Part shown: one piece after another, positions 20,889 to 30,872 of the stretch
Layout: each line of letters begins with the position of its first letter
Position numbering within the stretch: position 1 is the stretch's first letter
Source of the DNA: a candidate division WOR-3 bacterium
Lineage (GTDB): Bacteria; Hydrothermota; Tepidihabitantia; Tepidihabitantales; Tepidihabitantaceae
NCBI GenBank assembly: GCA_965649225.1
Contig: CBFGJX010000006.1
Span: 32,001-96,000 of the forward strand
Length of the DNA: 64,000 bases
Direction of reading: 5' to 3'
Program-made: the position numbers and the translations under genes
Notes under the pieces: model-generated
Database searches by the model: none
What the model was told of the DNA's origin: nothing
The model's input: the letters and a program-made list of their open reading frames with translations, nothing else

Positions 20889-23576
20889 CTACTTCAGCAC
20901 CAGCGTCTTGGCAGTCACGGCACCGGCAGGAGTGGCAACCTGAACAATCCAGGCACCGCTGCCCAGCCGGGCACCGTCCAGCTCAAACTCCACCACCGAA
21001 CCCTGTCGGGCAGTCCGGGTTTCGCTGTAAAGCAGCTGTCCGGCCGCAGTGTAGACCCGCAGTTTCGCCGGCCCGTTTACCGGGGCAACAAAGCGGACGC
21101 GGGCGTTGCGACTGAACGGATTCGGACTGATTTCCAGCCGGCCCCGTTCCCGTGCCACCGGCAGTGTTGCTTCTTCGACAACACCGGGCGTCGCCTCGCC
21201 GAAGAAGTTGAAAATCCGTGCCATCAACGTCCAGCGCTGGAGATAACGGGTTGCCGAATGGTTGATTGCCTCGAAGGCCGCAGCGAAGAACACCAGCTTG
21301 TAGCTGCCGCTGTAAGAAATGAACGCCTGCACCGTCGTGTCGGGATGGTCGCGATAGTAGGCACCGCCAACCGCATCGCCCAGCGGCCGGATGCCGTTCG
21401 AATTGGCACCGTTGTTCGCCCCGCCGGCACCGGCAATCACCATCGTATCGCCATCGGCAATCGGATGGGACTCCAGGCCAACCAGGTACTGCCGGCCCAT
21501 CGAATCGACCGCCAGTGCCGCGTGCAGATAGTCGCTGAGGAAGCTGGAACCGTTGATATCCTGAGCGATCTTCTTGCCGCACAGCAGCAGGTTGCGCCCG
21601 GCATCAAGATAGGCCGCTAGCGCGGTCTGCTCGGCAGTGGTCAGCGTCGTCGCGGTATCATTGCCGGTATTCCAGATGACAACATTGTAGCGCAAAAGGG
21701 TATCAGCCGAAGGTGCACCCGACGTCTGAACCGTATAGACGTGATAGAGAATACCGTTGGAGTCGCAGGCTGCCTTGTAGTACTTCTCGTAATCGAGCCC
21801 GAGATCGTCATCAACGATCAGCGTCCGCGGCTCACCCGAACGCACTGTCAAGCTGGTGTCCGGGTGCACTGCCGCCGGTTCCGCAAGCACTGAGACGAAA
21901 AACCGGATGTTCTGCGGCGCGGCATTGGCCGGCACCGAGATAACAAACGAGTCGGCCGAGCAGTTGCCGGAACTGCCGGCCGGAATATCCGGAAACCGGG
22001 CGGTGTCCTTGACAATCTGCACACCCCGGGCATTGGTGGTCAACACTGCCCGGACATTACGCGCGTCGCGGAATCCGGCGGTGTTGGCATAGGTGAGTAT
22101 CAGACTGGCAACTTCGCCCGGATCGGGCCGGCCGTTGTTGTTGCCGCCGGCATCATTGAATCGCCAGTTGGTCAGGGTCAGGTCGCAGTAGTAAAGCGGC
22201 AGCACGGCATTGGCCATATTGACCCGGCCGGCACCGAGCTTGCCCTGGGCATAGAGCGGGTCCGGCATTGGGTCGCAGGCGTCGTACATTGTCCGCAGGA
22301 CCTGAGCGTTGTTCAGTGCCGGATTGAAACACTTGATCCAGACCGCCACGCCGGCTGCTGACGGACAGGCCATCGAAGTGCCGTCGAAGAATGCGTAGCT
22401 GCCGGTTGCCCGGTTGACCGTTGAATAGATACCCTGGCCTGGTGCCGAAACATCAACCCAGGGTCCGTAGTTGGAAAAGCTCGCCTTGTAATCGGTCGAA
22501 GTCGAAGCAGCGGTGTTCACGACGCTGTCATTGCAGGCCGGATAGCGACGGTTTTCCAGGCCCTCATTGCCGGCCGAACCAAACAGCACCGCGCCCTGAT
22601 TCCAGGCATCAAGTCCGGCGGTGTTGAGCTGGGGGCTCTGCGTCGATGAACCAAAGCTCATCGAGTAGGCAAACACACCCTTGAAAATGCCGTAGTAGAT
22701 TGCCGAAACCGCCTGATAGATGTAGATGCCGCCACCGGAACCGCAGCGCATGTTCAGCGACCGGTTGTTCCAGGTTTCGCCGGCGATGCCGATGCCGTTA
22801 TTGGTCACGGCGTTGACGATACCGTGACAGTGGGTACCGTGGTCATCGGACGGATTCGGCATCGGGTCGGCGTCGTAGGAAACGAAATCAAAACCGATGA
22901 CGTCGTCGTTGTACCCGTTGGCATCCTGATCAATGTTATCAAGGTCGCCCGATGGGGGCGGGGAAGGATCGAACCGGCCGTTACCATTGATGTCTTCGGG
23001 ACGGTTGATCCAGAAACTTGCCTCCAGGTCCGGATGGAGATAGTCGACACCCTGGTCAATGACCATGTTCAGCACCGCGGTGTCACCATGGCTGGCATTC
23101 CATGCCTCCGGCGCCTGAATCTTGGTGATGTGCCACTGACTGCCCAGCAGCGGGTCGTTGGGCGTTTCGTCAAACCGCAGGTAGTAATTCGGTGCGGCAG
23201 CCGCAACTTCAGCCAGCCGACCGTATTCCGCAACCGCAGCGGCGACGTCGGCACTGACGTCGAACTGGATGCAGTACATCAGGTCACCGCTAATGCCGGG
23301 CGCAATTTCCAGTGCCCGGGGGTGACGCACGACCGGGCTGATATCGTCGACCCGCCAGCGCCGGTTCAGCTCATCCAGCGCCGGCACGCCGAACAGCGCA
23401 ATACCGTCTGAACTGGTAATGCTGACCTTGCCCCGCAAACTGCGGTCCAGCGTCAGCATCAACTGTCCCGCCGCGTACTCCGAACCATCGGCCCCGGTCA
23501 CGACCGGCCGGATTGCCGGATATGCCGACGCTGTCGCAGCCAGCGCCAGACACAATACCAGAAGCCTCACTTTCAT
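20889..23576 (-). CDS. Secreted S8 (subtilisin-like) serine peptidase with T9SS-like C-terminal domain
   Basis: Signal peptide; catalytic D (IDQGVD), H (HGTHCHG), S (GTSMACP), oxyanion N (SAGN); C-terminal SPNPF...YTAAGQ...GAWIV...K; AGGAGG RBS. Confidence 0.92.
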   Translation of the reverse strand: MKVRLLVLCLALAATASAYPAIRPVVTGADGSEYAAGQLMLTLDRSLRGKVSITSSDGIALFGVPALDELNRRWRVDDISPVVRHPRALEIAPGISGDLMYCIQFDVSADVAAAVAEYGRLAEVAAAAPNYYLRFDETPNDPLLGSQWHITKIQAPEAWNASHGDTAVLNMVIDQGVDYLHPDLEASFWINRPEDINGNGRFDPSPPPSGDLDNIDQDANGYNDDVIGFDFVSYDADPMPNPSDDHGTHCHGIVNAVTNNGIGIAGETWNNRSLNMRCGSGGGIYIYQAVSAIYYGIFKGVFAYSMSFGSSTQSPQLNTAGLDAWNQGAVLFGSAGNEGLENRRYPACNDSVVNTAASTSTDYKASFSNYGPWVDVSAPGQGIYSTVNRATGSYAFFDGTSMACPSAAGVAVWIKCFNPALNNAQVLRTMYDACDPMPDPLYAQGKLGAGRVNMANAVLPLYYCDLTLTNWRFNDAGGNNNGRPDPGEVASLILTYANTAGFRDARNVRAVLTTNARGVQIVKDTARFPDIPAGSSGNCSADSFVISVPANAAPQNIRFFVSVLAEPAAVHPDTSLTVRSGEPRTLIVDDDLGLDYEKYYKAACDSNGILYHVYTVQTSGAPSADTLLRYNVVIWNTGNDTATTLTTAEQTALAAYLDAGRNLLLCGKKIAQDINGSSFLSDYLHAALAVDSMGRQYLVGLESHPIADGDTMVIAGAGGANNGANSNGIRPLGDAVGGAYYRDHPDTTVQAFISYSGSYKLVFFAAAFEAINHSATRYLQRWTLMARIFNFFGEATPGVVEEATLPVARERGRLEISPNPFSRNARVRFVAPVNGPAKLRVYTAAGQLLYSETRTARQGSVVEFELDGARLGSGAWIVQVATPAGAVTAKTLVLK

Positions 23577-23645
23577 CGGTCTTTGCCTCCTGATTAGTTT
23601 GCTGTCTCTGCTGTCAGTCGGTCGACGGCACCGGCCGTCGCGTCA

Positions 23646-23674
23646 ATGATAGAGCCGCACCGGGCAGGTGTCAA
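23646..23674 (-). promoter_or_regulatory. Promoter of the S8 peptidase gene
   Basis: TTGACA-N17-TATCAT; -35 contains the upstream TGA stop. Confidence 0.65.
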
Positions 23675-24435
23675 TCTGACGCAGCCGTCGCTGGCCGGTC
23701 GGCGGCAACCACCAGCTGCTCAGGCAGACCGGTGAGATTGGGCAGTTCCCAGCGCTGGCGGACATCCCCCACTTCTTCCAGCGCCACTACCCGCAACCGG
23801 GCACTGTTCAAAGCACGAAAATGATCGGCGACAGTCCACTGATAATCACAACGGCAGAATCCGGCATTGACCATTGTCGGGTCTCCCGGCCATTCCTCAT
23901 CAATACTGCGGACCCGGTCGAAATAGGAAAACCGCGCCCGGGGCGCCCCCGGCTCCTGCCGCCAGATCCGCCGCACCGGGTGATACTCGGTCACGACCAG
24001 CCGTCCCCCCGGTTCGAGCAAGCGTGCCACCGCCCGGTAGAACGCGGCAAGATCGGCAACCTGCGGCGCAACCCCGGCAGCGTAGACCAGCCCGCACGAG
24101 GCCTCGCCCAGTGCTTCCAGCCGCTCCAGTTCACACTGGCGGAACGCCAGCTCAACGCCAACCAGCTGGGCCCGGATCATCAACATATCCAGATAGCTGG
24201 CGCTCGGGTCGACCGCGGTCACCCGGCCGCCCAGTGCGGCAAGCGCCAGCGGCACCAGCCCCTGCCCGACACCAATCACCGCCACACTGCGGCCGGCAAC
24301 CGGCTGCAGCAGTTCAAGCTCGACCCGATTCAGTGCCAGCGCCGGCATCGTTGGCACCCGGCGCCAGATATCAGCATCGTCCGGATCACGCTGCCAGGCC
24401 GGGGCCGTCGGAACCCAGTCGTGTCCTGCCGCCAC
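23671..24435 (-). CDS. Class I SAM-dependent methyltransferase family protein
   Basis: GVGQG motif I, VTAVD, RLLEPGGRLVVTEYHP. Confidence 0.78.
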   Translation of the reverse strand: MAAGHDWVPTAPAWQRDPDDADIWRRVPTMPALALNRVELELLQPVAGRSVAVIGVGQGLVPLALAALGGRVTAVDPSASYLDMLMIRAQLVGVELAFRQCELERLEALGEASCGLVYAAGVAPQVADLAAFYRAVARLLEPGGRLVVTEYHPVRRIWRQEPGAPRARFSYFDRVRSIDEEWPGDPTMVNAGFCRCDYQWTVADHFRALNSARLRVVALEEVGDVRQRWELPNLTGLPEQLVVAADRPATAASD

Positions 24436-24442
24436 CGCTGCT

Positions 24443-25063
24443 TCAGCGCGAACCGATCCGCCAGTCGGTCAGCACCCGTTCACTGCCGGCGCCGATTCGC
24501 CGCACAACACCGACCCCGGGCGCAAGCCATTCGGTGTACTGCTCGGCCACGGTGTCAATACCGGTGTACTCGTGGTAAAACTCGATCCGGTAACACTGGA
24601 CAAAACTGCCGGCCGGCACGACAACATCTTCAATCGCGCTCACCCGGGCCGAAAACGAATCCCGCACCACGATTGAATCGCTGCCCAGCACGACAACGGT
24701 GTCGGCAAACGACTCCCCCCAGCCAGCACCGGTAACCAGCGGCAGCCGGTAAACCAGTGCCCAGCGCTCGAGCAGTACATACTCCTGACCGCCGATAACC
24801 GCCGCACGCCGGTCATAACGCCGCACCTCGAACTGGTCTGCCAGCCAGAGTTCCGGTGCGAAATCACGCAGCACCAGCCGCGCACTGCGTCCGAGCACAA
24901 CACTGTCGCCGGCGACCGAGTCAAACGACGCAAACCCGCCCGACTCGTAGCGCCAGCTCGAACCGGTGGTCAGCGGAAAATAGTCGGCACCGGCCCGCCA
25001 CAGAATCATATCACTGCAGGCAAGCACCATCAGACCAGCCAGCACCAGTCGTCTAAAGCACAT
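24443..25063 (-). CDS. Hypothetical exported protein or lipoprotein
   Basis: Signal with LAC lipobox-like sequence; YFPL..G..W.Y, VPAG.F..C and W.APGVG.V motifs of a widespread beta-rich exported family. Confidence 0.7.
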   Translation of the reverse strand: MCFRRLVLAGLMVLACSDMILWRAGADYFPLTTGSSWRYESGGFASFDSVAGDSVVLGRSARLVLRDFAPELWLADQFEVRRYDRRAAVIGGQEYVLLERWALVYRLPLVTGAGWGESFADTVVVLGSDSIVVRDSFSARVSAIEDVVVPAGSFVQCYRIEFYHEYTGIDTVAEQYTEWLAPGVGVVRRIGAGSERVLTDWRIGSR

Positions 25064-25556
25064 GGCCCACTCCCGCCCGCAAACCGAAGAACCACGCCGG
25101 CCTGACCCCGCCTGCCCCGGACTCCAGATAGATTGAGCTGTCCAGGCCGAGTCCGACCCGACTGCGCTCCTGATGCTGCACCAGACCGGCAGCCAGCCGC
25201 ACTGCCGGCGCACCACCGGCCTCGCTGGCGCTGCCGGACCGGCGCCGGGCGAACCCGTAGCCGGCGCCGACGCCGACTTCAATGCCCCAGGTTGACCGCT
25301 GCAACACTTCCAGACCGTACTCGACGCCGACACTGTGCAGCCGCAGGCTGTAATCGCTGCTGCGGGGACCGGCAAACTCGGCAAAACCGTAACTGAGCTC
25401 CAGCCGGCCCGGACCGACCCGGCTGGCGGCAAAGCCGCCAAATACGCCGGCAAACTCGTGCCGGCGTCCCAGACCACCCCCCGGGAAAGCGGCACCGATA
25501 CGGCCACCGACCTCGATGCCGTTCAGCAGCATCAGTGCAATCAGCAGTGAGTTCAC
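25053..25556 (-). CDS. Hypothetical exported beta-strand-rich protein (small OM barrel-like)
   Basis: Hydrophobic N-terminus and alternating amphipathic Gly-rich strands; promoter 7 nt upstream. Confidence 0.6.
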   Translation of the reverse strand: MNSLLIALMLLNGIEVGGRIGAAFPGGGLGRRHEFAGVFGGFAASRVGPGRLELSYGFAEFAGPRSSDYSLRLHSVGVEYGLEVLQRSTWGIEVGVGAGYGFARRRSGSASEAGGAPAVRLAAGLVQHQERSRVGLGLDSSIYLESGAGGVRPAWFFGLRAGVGHVL

Positions 25557-25563
25557 AACAGAC

Positions 25564-25591
25564 AATCTAGGATACCGGCCGCAGGTGTCAA
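25564..25591 (-). promoter_or_regulatory. Promoter (predicted leaderless)
   Basis: TTGACA-N16-TAGATT, 7 nt before GTG 25556. Confidence 0.6.
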
Positions 25592-25599
25592 GGCAGGGT

Positions 25600-26496
25600 T
25601 CAGCCGATCGCGGCCATCCGCTCCAGTGCCTGCCGCGCCCGGGCGGCAACTTCCGGAGCGACAACAATTTCCTCCCCGCCGCCGGTCAGGGCAGCCTGCA
25701 CCGCCGCCAGTCGCGTCAGCTTCATGTTCCGGCACAGCGCACTGCGTCGCAGTGGAAAACAGCGACACTGCGGATGCAGACGCCGAATCCGCTCACACAT
25801 TCCGGCTTCGGTTGCCAGTACCACTTCCGGATACTTGCCGGCCAGTCGCGCCATTCCGGAAGTCGAAGCCACCTCGTCGGCGGCATCAATCACCTCCGGC
25901 GCACACTCCGGATGAGCAATCACCCGGGCTGTCGGATGCTCGCTGCGGGCCCGGGCAACGTCTGCCGCCGTGAAAACGGCATGGACATAACAGAACCCGG
26001 GCCACTCCAGCACCGTCCGCCCGGTCTTTCGGGAAACAAAAGCCGCCAGATTGCGGTCCGGCACCAGCAGCACCGGCCCGGGCGGCAACGAATTGACCAC
26101 TGCCACCGCGTTCGCCGAAGTACAGCAGATATCGGCCTCGGCCTTGACCTCGACCGGGGTGTTGACATACGCCACGACCGTCACCGTTCCGAGCTCGCTG
26201 CGGCGCCGGCGCAACGCCTCGGCGCTGATCATGTCGGCCATCTGACAGCCGGCCCGCGGCTCGGCCAGCACAACCCGCGCCGCCGGATTCAGTATCGCTG
26301 CCGTCTCGGCCATGAACCGGACACCGCAGAAAACAATCAGCCGTGCCTGGCTCTTCTGTGCCGCCCGCGCCAGCTCAAGCGAGTCGCCGATGAAATCGGC
26401 GACATCATAGACCTCCGGCAACTGATAGTTGTGGGCCAGCACCAGCGCCCCTGTCGCCGCCTTCAACTGCCGAATATTCTCAATCTCAGCCGTCAT
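25600..26496 (-). CDS. nadA: Quinolinate synthase
   Basis: LAHNYQ, GDSLEL, FCGVRFMAE, AGCQMA, YVNT, CTSAN, CYVH, HPEC, C.NMK motifs. Confidence 0.96.
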   Translation of the reverse strand: MTAEIENIRQLKAATGALVLAHNYQLPEVYDVADFIGDSLELARAAQKSQARLIVFCGVRFMAETAAILNPAARVVLAEPRAGCQMADMISAEALRRRRSELGTVTVVAYVNTPVEVKAEADICCTSANAVAVVNSLPPGPVLLVPDRNLAAFVSRKTGRTVLEWPGFCYVHAVFTAADVARARSEHPTARVIAHPECAPEVIDAADEVASTSGMARLAGKYPEVVLATEAGMCERIRRLHPQCRCFPLRRSALCRNMKLTRLAAVQAALTGGGEEIVVAPEVAARARQALERMAAIG

Positions 26497-26987
26497 TACC
26501 GGTTTCGGTGCCAGCGCCTCGGACCACCACTCCCCCGCTGTCCGTGCCGCCGGACGGGCGGTGTCTTGGCCGGTGCCTGCCAGACGGTTGTTTCGTCGAG
26601 CAGGTGGACGACCTCAATCCCGGCCTGGGCCAGGGCCGCGGCGATGTCCAGCCGGTGACACCGTTCCGGGCTGCGTTCGGCGCACAAGATACAACACACC
26701 CGCCGTGCCGCCTTGCTCTGAATGATGCCGGCACCGCGGACAAACTCGTCCGACCGCACCCAGCCGTTACGGTCACCGTCGCGCGGCCCGCCGAGTTCGT
26801 TGCCGAGAAACACATAATCCACGCCGTGGGCAGCGCACAACGCCTGCAACCCGTCGCGGCGGAAATGTTCCTCCTGTGCCGCCGGGGTCCGGCGCACGTC
26901 AAAAACGACCTCGATCCCGTGCTTGACCAGTATCCGGACAAAGTCGAGCTGATGGCGGTGGTCGGTTCCCAGCGTGTAAACTCTCAT
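26496..26987 (-). CDS. DUF488 family protein
   Basis: YTLG, DVRR.P, ELGG, LCAERSPERCHR, VVHL motifs. Confidence 0.85.
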   Translation of the reverse strand: MRVYTLGTDHRHQLDFVRILVKHGIEVVFDVRRTPAAQEEHFRRDGLQALCAAHGVDYVFLGNELGGPRDGDRNGWVRSDEFVRGAGIIQSKAARRVCCILCAERSPERCHRLDIAAALAQAGIEVVHLLDETTVWQAPAKTPPVRRHGQRGSGGPRRWHRNR

Positions 26988-27703
26988 TCCGGCAGTCCAT
27001 TCCCGGTCGCCACCGACGGCGCCCGCAGCTCCAGACGAATTGTACCGAAGCCGGCCTCCTGACGCACCCGCACCTCCCCCAGTCGCACCAGTTCCAGCAC
27101 CGCAATGAATGTCACTATCACCTCGGCCAGTGTATCACCGGTGACCGCTTCCTCAAAATCAAGCCCGCCCCGTTCCCGCAGCAACCGGCGCAGCGCCGCA
27201 ATCCGGTCACCGAGCCGGACGCTGGGCGGCGCAATCTCGGCCTTGCGCGGCGGCTCCAGCCGTGCCAGCACCCGCTTCAGCGCCGCGGTCAATACCAGCA
27301 AATCCTCGCTTTCGGCCGCCTGGGCTCGCGGCGACTCACCGGGCCGCGGCCACAACTGCCGCATTCCCGCTTCCTTGTCCGAAAGCAGCCGCGCTGCCTG
27401 ACGGTACTGGCGAAACTCGTCCAGAATCTGTTCCAGTGTGACAACCGGCGTATCCAGTTCCTCGTCCTTCATTCGGGGCAGCAGTGCCCGAACCTTCAGC
27501 CGCATCAGCACTGCCGCCATCATGACGAAATCTGATGCCGCCTCCATGTTCAGTTCGGTCGCCCCGCGAATCCACGCCAGATAATCGTCAGTCAGCCGGC
27601 CAATCGGCACATCGCAGACATCCAGTTCAGCCTTGCGCACCAGATACAAAAGCAGTTCGACCGGGCCTTCGAACGCCTCGAGCCTGACCTCGTGCACACT
27701 CAC
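26984..27703 (-). CDS. scpA: Segregation/condensation protein A
   Basis: FEGPVELLLYL, DFVMMAA.L..K...LLP, VTFIAVLEL, RQ...FG.I motifs. Confidence 0.92.
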   Translation of the reverse strand: MSVHEVRLEAFEGPVELLLYLVRKAELDVCDVPIGRLTDDYLAWIRGATELNMEAASDFVMMAAVLMRLKVRALLPRMKDEELDTPVVTLEQILDEFRQYRQAARLLSDKEAGMRQLWPRPGESPRAQAAESEDLLVLTAALKRVLARLEPPRKAEIAPPSVRLGDRIAALRRLLRERGGLDFEEAVTGDTLAEVIVTFIAVLELVRLGEVRVRQEAGFGTIRLELRAPSVATGNGLPE

Positions 27704-28731
27704 AGTGTCACCAGCTCGTAGTCACGCCGGCCCAGTCCGCGCCGCTCGGCCGCCTCGATCACCAGCTCGCCGTGGACGTGCGGATATATCGGCTTCAGCA
27801 CCGGTCCCAGCCGGTCCCACGCCGTCTGCTCACAGGCCACCGGGTCGCGCGAGACGAACACCCCGACATCATCAGTAACCGGCTTCTCGGTCTGACCGTA
27901 GCAGTCGCAGTTCGGGGTAACGCGCAGACAGAAGTTGAAGTGAATCGCCTGCCGGTCAATCAGCACCGCCCGGGCGTACTCAACCATCTTCAGTATCACG
28001 TTCTCACTGCCGGCATCCCAGTCAATCCGGATTGCATTCTGTTCGCACACCGTCAGGCAGCCACCGCAACCGGTGCACGACCGGCCAATCTGCGCGACAT
28101 ACTGGACGAAATTGATCGCATCGTTCGGGCAGTAATCGACACACTCGCCGCAGGAAACGCACTTGTCCGGATCAACCGCCGGCTTGGAATTGGAATGCAT
28201 CTCCAGCTTGCCCGCCTTGCTCGCCAGTCCCATCGCCAGACTCTTGATTACGCCACCGAACCCGGCAACGAAATGTCCCTTGAAGTGGGCCATGTTGATG
28301 AGGTAGCGCAGACGTCGAAGACCCTGCGCCAGCCGGGCGGCCGGCACCAGCTCCGAATCCAGCGGCACGACGTAGGACTTCTCTCCCCGCCGGCCGTCCA
28401 GTATCTCGATCGGCGCCATCAGCGTCGCGGTCGAAAACCCGTGCTCGGCCGCCAGTTTCAGATGCTCGCCCGCCTCCTGCCGCCGACCCCGGTAAAGCGC
28501 GGTCGTCTCGACCACGACCGGCTGCAGGTTATGAAAGGCCGTTGCCAGTGCCGCCTCGCGGACAAACTCCGGCCGCAGATGATTGCTGTTGCCGTGTTCG
28601 CCGAAGTGGCACTTGATGGCGATGCGCTTCTTGGGCCGGCAGTCGGCCAGAAAACCCGAACGCTCCAGCACCTCACGGATTCCCGCTGCCGCGCGCTCCG
28701 GCGGCAGAAAGAAAACAACCGGCTTGCTCAA
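27700..28731 (-). CDS. DUF362 domain Fe-S protein with 4Fe-4S dicluster
   Basis: KCHFGE.GN, HFKGH...GFGG.IK, CVSCGECVDYCP, CTGCGGCLTVC, P.CDC, S.DPVA. Confidence 0.87.
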   Translation of the reverse strand: MSKPVVFFLPPERAAAGIREVLERSGFLADCRPKKRIAIKCHFGEHGNSNHLRPEFVREAALATAFHNLQPVVVETTALYRGRRQEAGEHLKLAAEHGFSTATLMAPIEILDGRRGEKSYVVPLDSELVPAARLAQGLRRLRYLINMAHFKGHFVAGFGGVIKSLAMGLASKAGKLEMHSNSKPAVDPDKCVSCGECVDYCPNDAINFVQYVAQIGRSCTGCGGCLTVCEQNAIRIDWDAGSENVILKMVEYARAVLIDRQAIHFNFCLRVTPNCDCYGQTEKPVTDDVGVFVSRDPVACEQTAWDRLGPVLKPIYPHVHGELVIEAAERRGLGRRDYELVTL

Positions 28732-29801
28732 TTCCACACCCCGCTGATTGACCGGCCGCAGAAGCGGCACCGGCCGTTATTGACATCACAATTCAGTACG
28801 CTGTAGCCGCGCCGACGGACCACAACCCGGCCACACCCCGGGCAAACCGTGTTCTCAAACTCATGCCCCGGCACATTGCCGATGTAAACAAACTGCAATC
28901 CTCTCGCCCGGGCGATACGAACCGCCTGTTCCAGCGTTGCCACTGGTGTTGCCGGCATGTTCTGCATCCGGTATGCCGGCACGAACCGGGTAAAGTGCAG
29001 CGGCACCGTGTCGCCGAGATTCGCCCCAATCCAGCGACACATTGCGCTGATCGTCGCACTGTCGTCGTTATATCCCGGAACAACCAGATTCACCAGCTCC
29101 AGGTGCGCCGGCCCGGCGGCGGCAATCCGGCAGGCCTCCAGCACCGGCGCCAGACTGGAACCACACACCGTGCGGTAAAACTCGTCACTGAAACCCTTCA
29201 GGTCAATCTTCACCGCATCAACCAGCCGGCACAGCTCACGCATCGGCGCCGGATTGATGTAACCGCCGGTCACCACCGCGGTCCGGACACCGCCCTGACG
29301 CGCCAGCCGCGCCGCGTCGACAACATACTCCCAGAACACTACCGGTTCGCTGTAAGTAAAACACAATATCGGCACTTTCTGGTTCAGAGCGAGCTCCACC
29401 AGCGCCGCCGGCGAAAGCTCACGATACGGCACATCCTCCGGACTTGCCTGAGAGATCTGCCAGTTCTGGCAGTACCGGCACGACTGATTGCAGCCGACTG
29501 TCGCAGCGGTAATCCGCTCCCGGCCGGGCAGAAAGTGAAAAAACGGCGCCTTCTCGATCGGCTCCCGGCCGACCGAACACGGCCGGCCATGCACCAGCGA
29601 ATAAAGCGTACCGCCGCGATTCTCGCGCACCCGGCAAAATCCCCGCCGCCCCGGCTCAATCACACACCGGCGGGGACACAAATCACACTGCACCCGTCCC
29701 CGCTCGAGCCGGTGATACCAGTCGGCCTCGCGGTTGACCGGCCGCGAATCGGCCGCCAGCAGCAGACCGGCCGATACCACCAGCGCCGCCAGTCTGCCCA
29801 T
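28728..29801 (-). CDS. amrS: AmmeMemoRadiSam system radical SAM enzyme
   Basis: CDLCPRRC...GFCRVR, PIEKAPFFHFLPG, CNQSCRYCQNWQISQ, TYSEP, YIGNVPG, C-terminal CxxC pairs. Confidence 0.88.
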   Translation of the reverse strand: MGRLAALVVSAGLLLAADSRPVNREADWYHRLERGRVQCDLCPRRCVIEPGRRGFCRVRENRGGTLYSLVHGRPCSVGREPIEKAPFFHFLPGRERITAATVGCNQSCRYCQNWQISQASPEDVPYRELSPAALVELALNQKVPILCFTYSEPVVFWEYVVDAARLARQGGVRTAVVTGGYINPAPMRELCRLVDAVKIDLKGFSDEFYRTVCGSSLAPVLEACRIAAAGPAHLELVNLVVPGYNDDSATISAMCRWIGANLGDTVPLHFTRFVPAYRMQNMPATPVATLEQAVRIARARGLQFVYIGNVPGHEFENTVCPGCGRVVVRRRGYSVLNCDVNNGRCRFCGRSISGVWN

Positions 29802-29802
29802 G

Positions 29803-30246
29803 CTAGAACGCCAGTGCGCCGATTACCAGACCAAGCACCGCCCCGAAAGTAAACAGCCCGCCGGTCACGCCCCAGGTAATCAGCTTCGCCTCGCGCCGGG
29901 CACTCGCGACCTGGCCGTAGTCAATCATCACCTCTGTCACCCGGCCCGCATTCACCCGGACCGGATAAGAACCGGCATTTATCGCCGCCAAGGTCCAGAC
30001 CGTCGAGACCTTCCGCCCGAGGCGCGACTCGCGCAGCCGCCAGTACAGCCGCTCCAGACTGTCGTTGGAAACGATGCTGACCAGATACTGCTCACCCGGC
30101 TTCAGCGGCACCATCTCCACCGGTGTCTGCCCCAGCCAGTCGCCATCCAGATAAACCGTCATGCCCGGCACATTGGACCGCACGGTCAAATAACCCGAAT
30201 CAGGCGCAAAACCTGTCAGTGCAAGAACCAGTATTCCAGTAATCAT
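29803..30246 (-). CDS. PEGA domain membrane protein
   Basis: L.V.SN.PG..VYLDG..LGQTP motif; N-terminal signal and C-terminal TM. Confidence 0.75.
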   Translation of the reverse strand: MITGILVLALTGFAPDSGYLTVRSNVPGMTVYLDGDWLGQTPVEMVPLKPGEQYLVSIVSNDSLERLYWRLRESRLGRKVSTVWTLAAINAGSYPVRVNAGRVTEVMIDYGQVASARREAKLITWGVTGGLFTFGAVLGLVIGALAF

Positions 30247-30252
30247 AGGCTA

Positions 30253-30358
30253 AAACTAGCCGTGCCTGTCCGCCAAGTCAACGGCGTCAGCCAGCCGGCC
30301 TCTGCCACCCGCACCCGGACCGCTGCTGTCTTGACTGCGCATTCTGCCCGACTAACTT
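30253..30358. promoter_or_regulatory. Divergent promoters, both predicted leaderless
   Basis: Minus: TTGACT-N17-TAGTTT-6nt-ATG; plus: TTGACT-N16-TAACTT-7nt-GTG. Confidence 0.6.
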
Positions 30359-30365
30359 TTCAGCC

Positions 30366-30872
30366 GTGGAACCCGCCAGCGTGCAACTGACCATTCGCCG
30401 CGCCCGGCCCGAAGACTTTGACGCCATCTGCGAACTCGCCGACATCATGGACGAACCCCAGCGCACGGCCCTGCCCGACCGGTTCCGCCGCGGCCCCGGC
30501 CCGGCCCGCAACCGCGAGCGCACCGAAGCCTTCATACGCGACGAAAACACCTTCCTCGCCATTGCCGAGGTCAACAGGACTGTCGTCGGCCTCGTCAATG
30601 CCGGTCTGGAAAAAATGCCCGACTATCCGCAGAAGCAACCGCTTACATGGGTGAAGATTCGCGGCATCGTGGTCCGGCCCGAACTGCGAAGGAAAGGCAT
30701 CGCCACCGCCCTCGTCCGCGCGGTCGAGCAGTGGGCCGCCGCCCGCGGCGCGACCGAGATTCAGGCCAACGTCTACGACTTCAACAAACCCGCGTACGCC
30801 TTCTTTTCCCACCTCGGTCTGACCCCCTTGAGCCACCGCCTCGTGCGGCGGCTGGACTCGCCACCGGAGTAG
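30366..30872 (+). CDS. GNAT family N-acetyltransferase
   Basis: IRRARPED, V.PELRRKGIA acetyl-CoA motif, N..A..F...LG. Confidence 0.9.
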   Translation: MEPASVQLTIRRARPEDFDAICELADIMDEPQRTALPDRFRRGPGPARNRERTEAFIRDENTFLAIAEVNRTVVGLVNAGLEKMPDYPQKQPLTWVKIRGIVVRPELRRKGIATALVRAVEQWAAARGATEIQANVYDFNKPAYAFFSHLGLTPLSHRLVRRLDSPPE

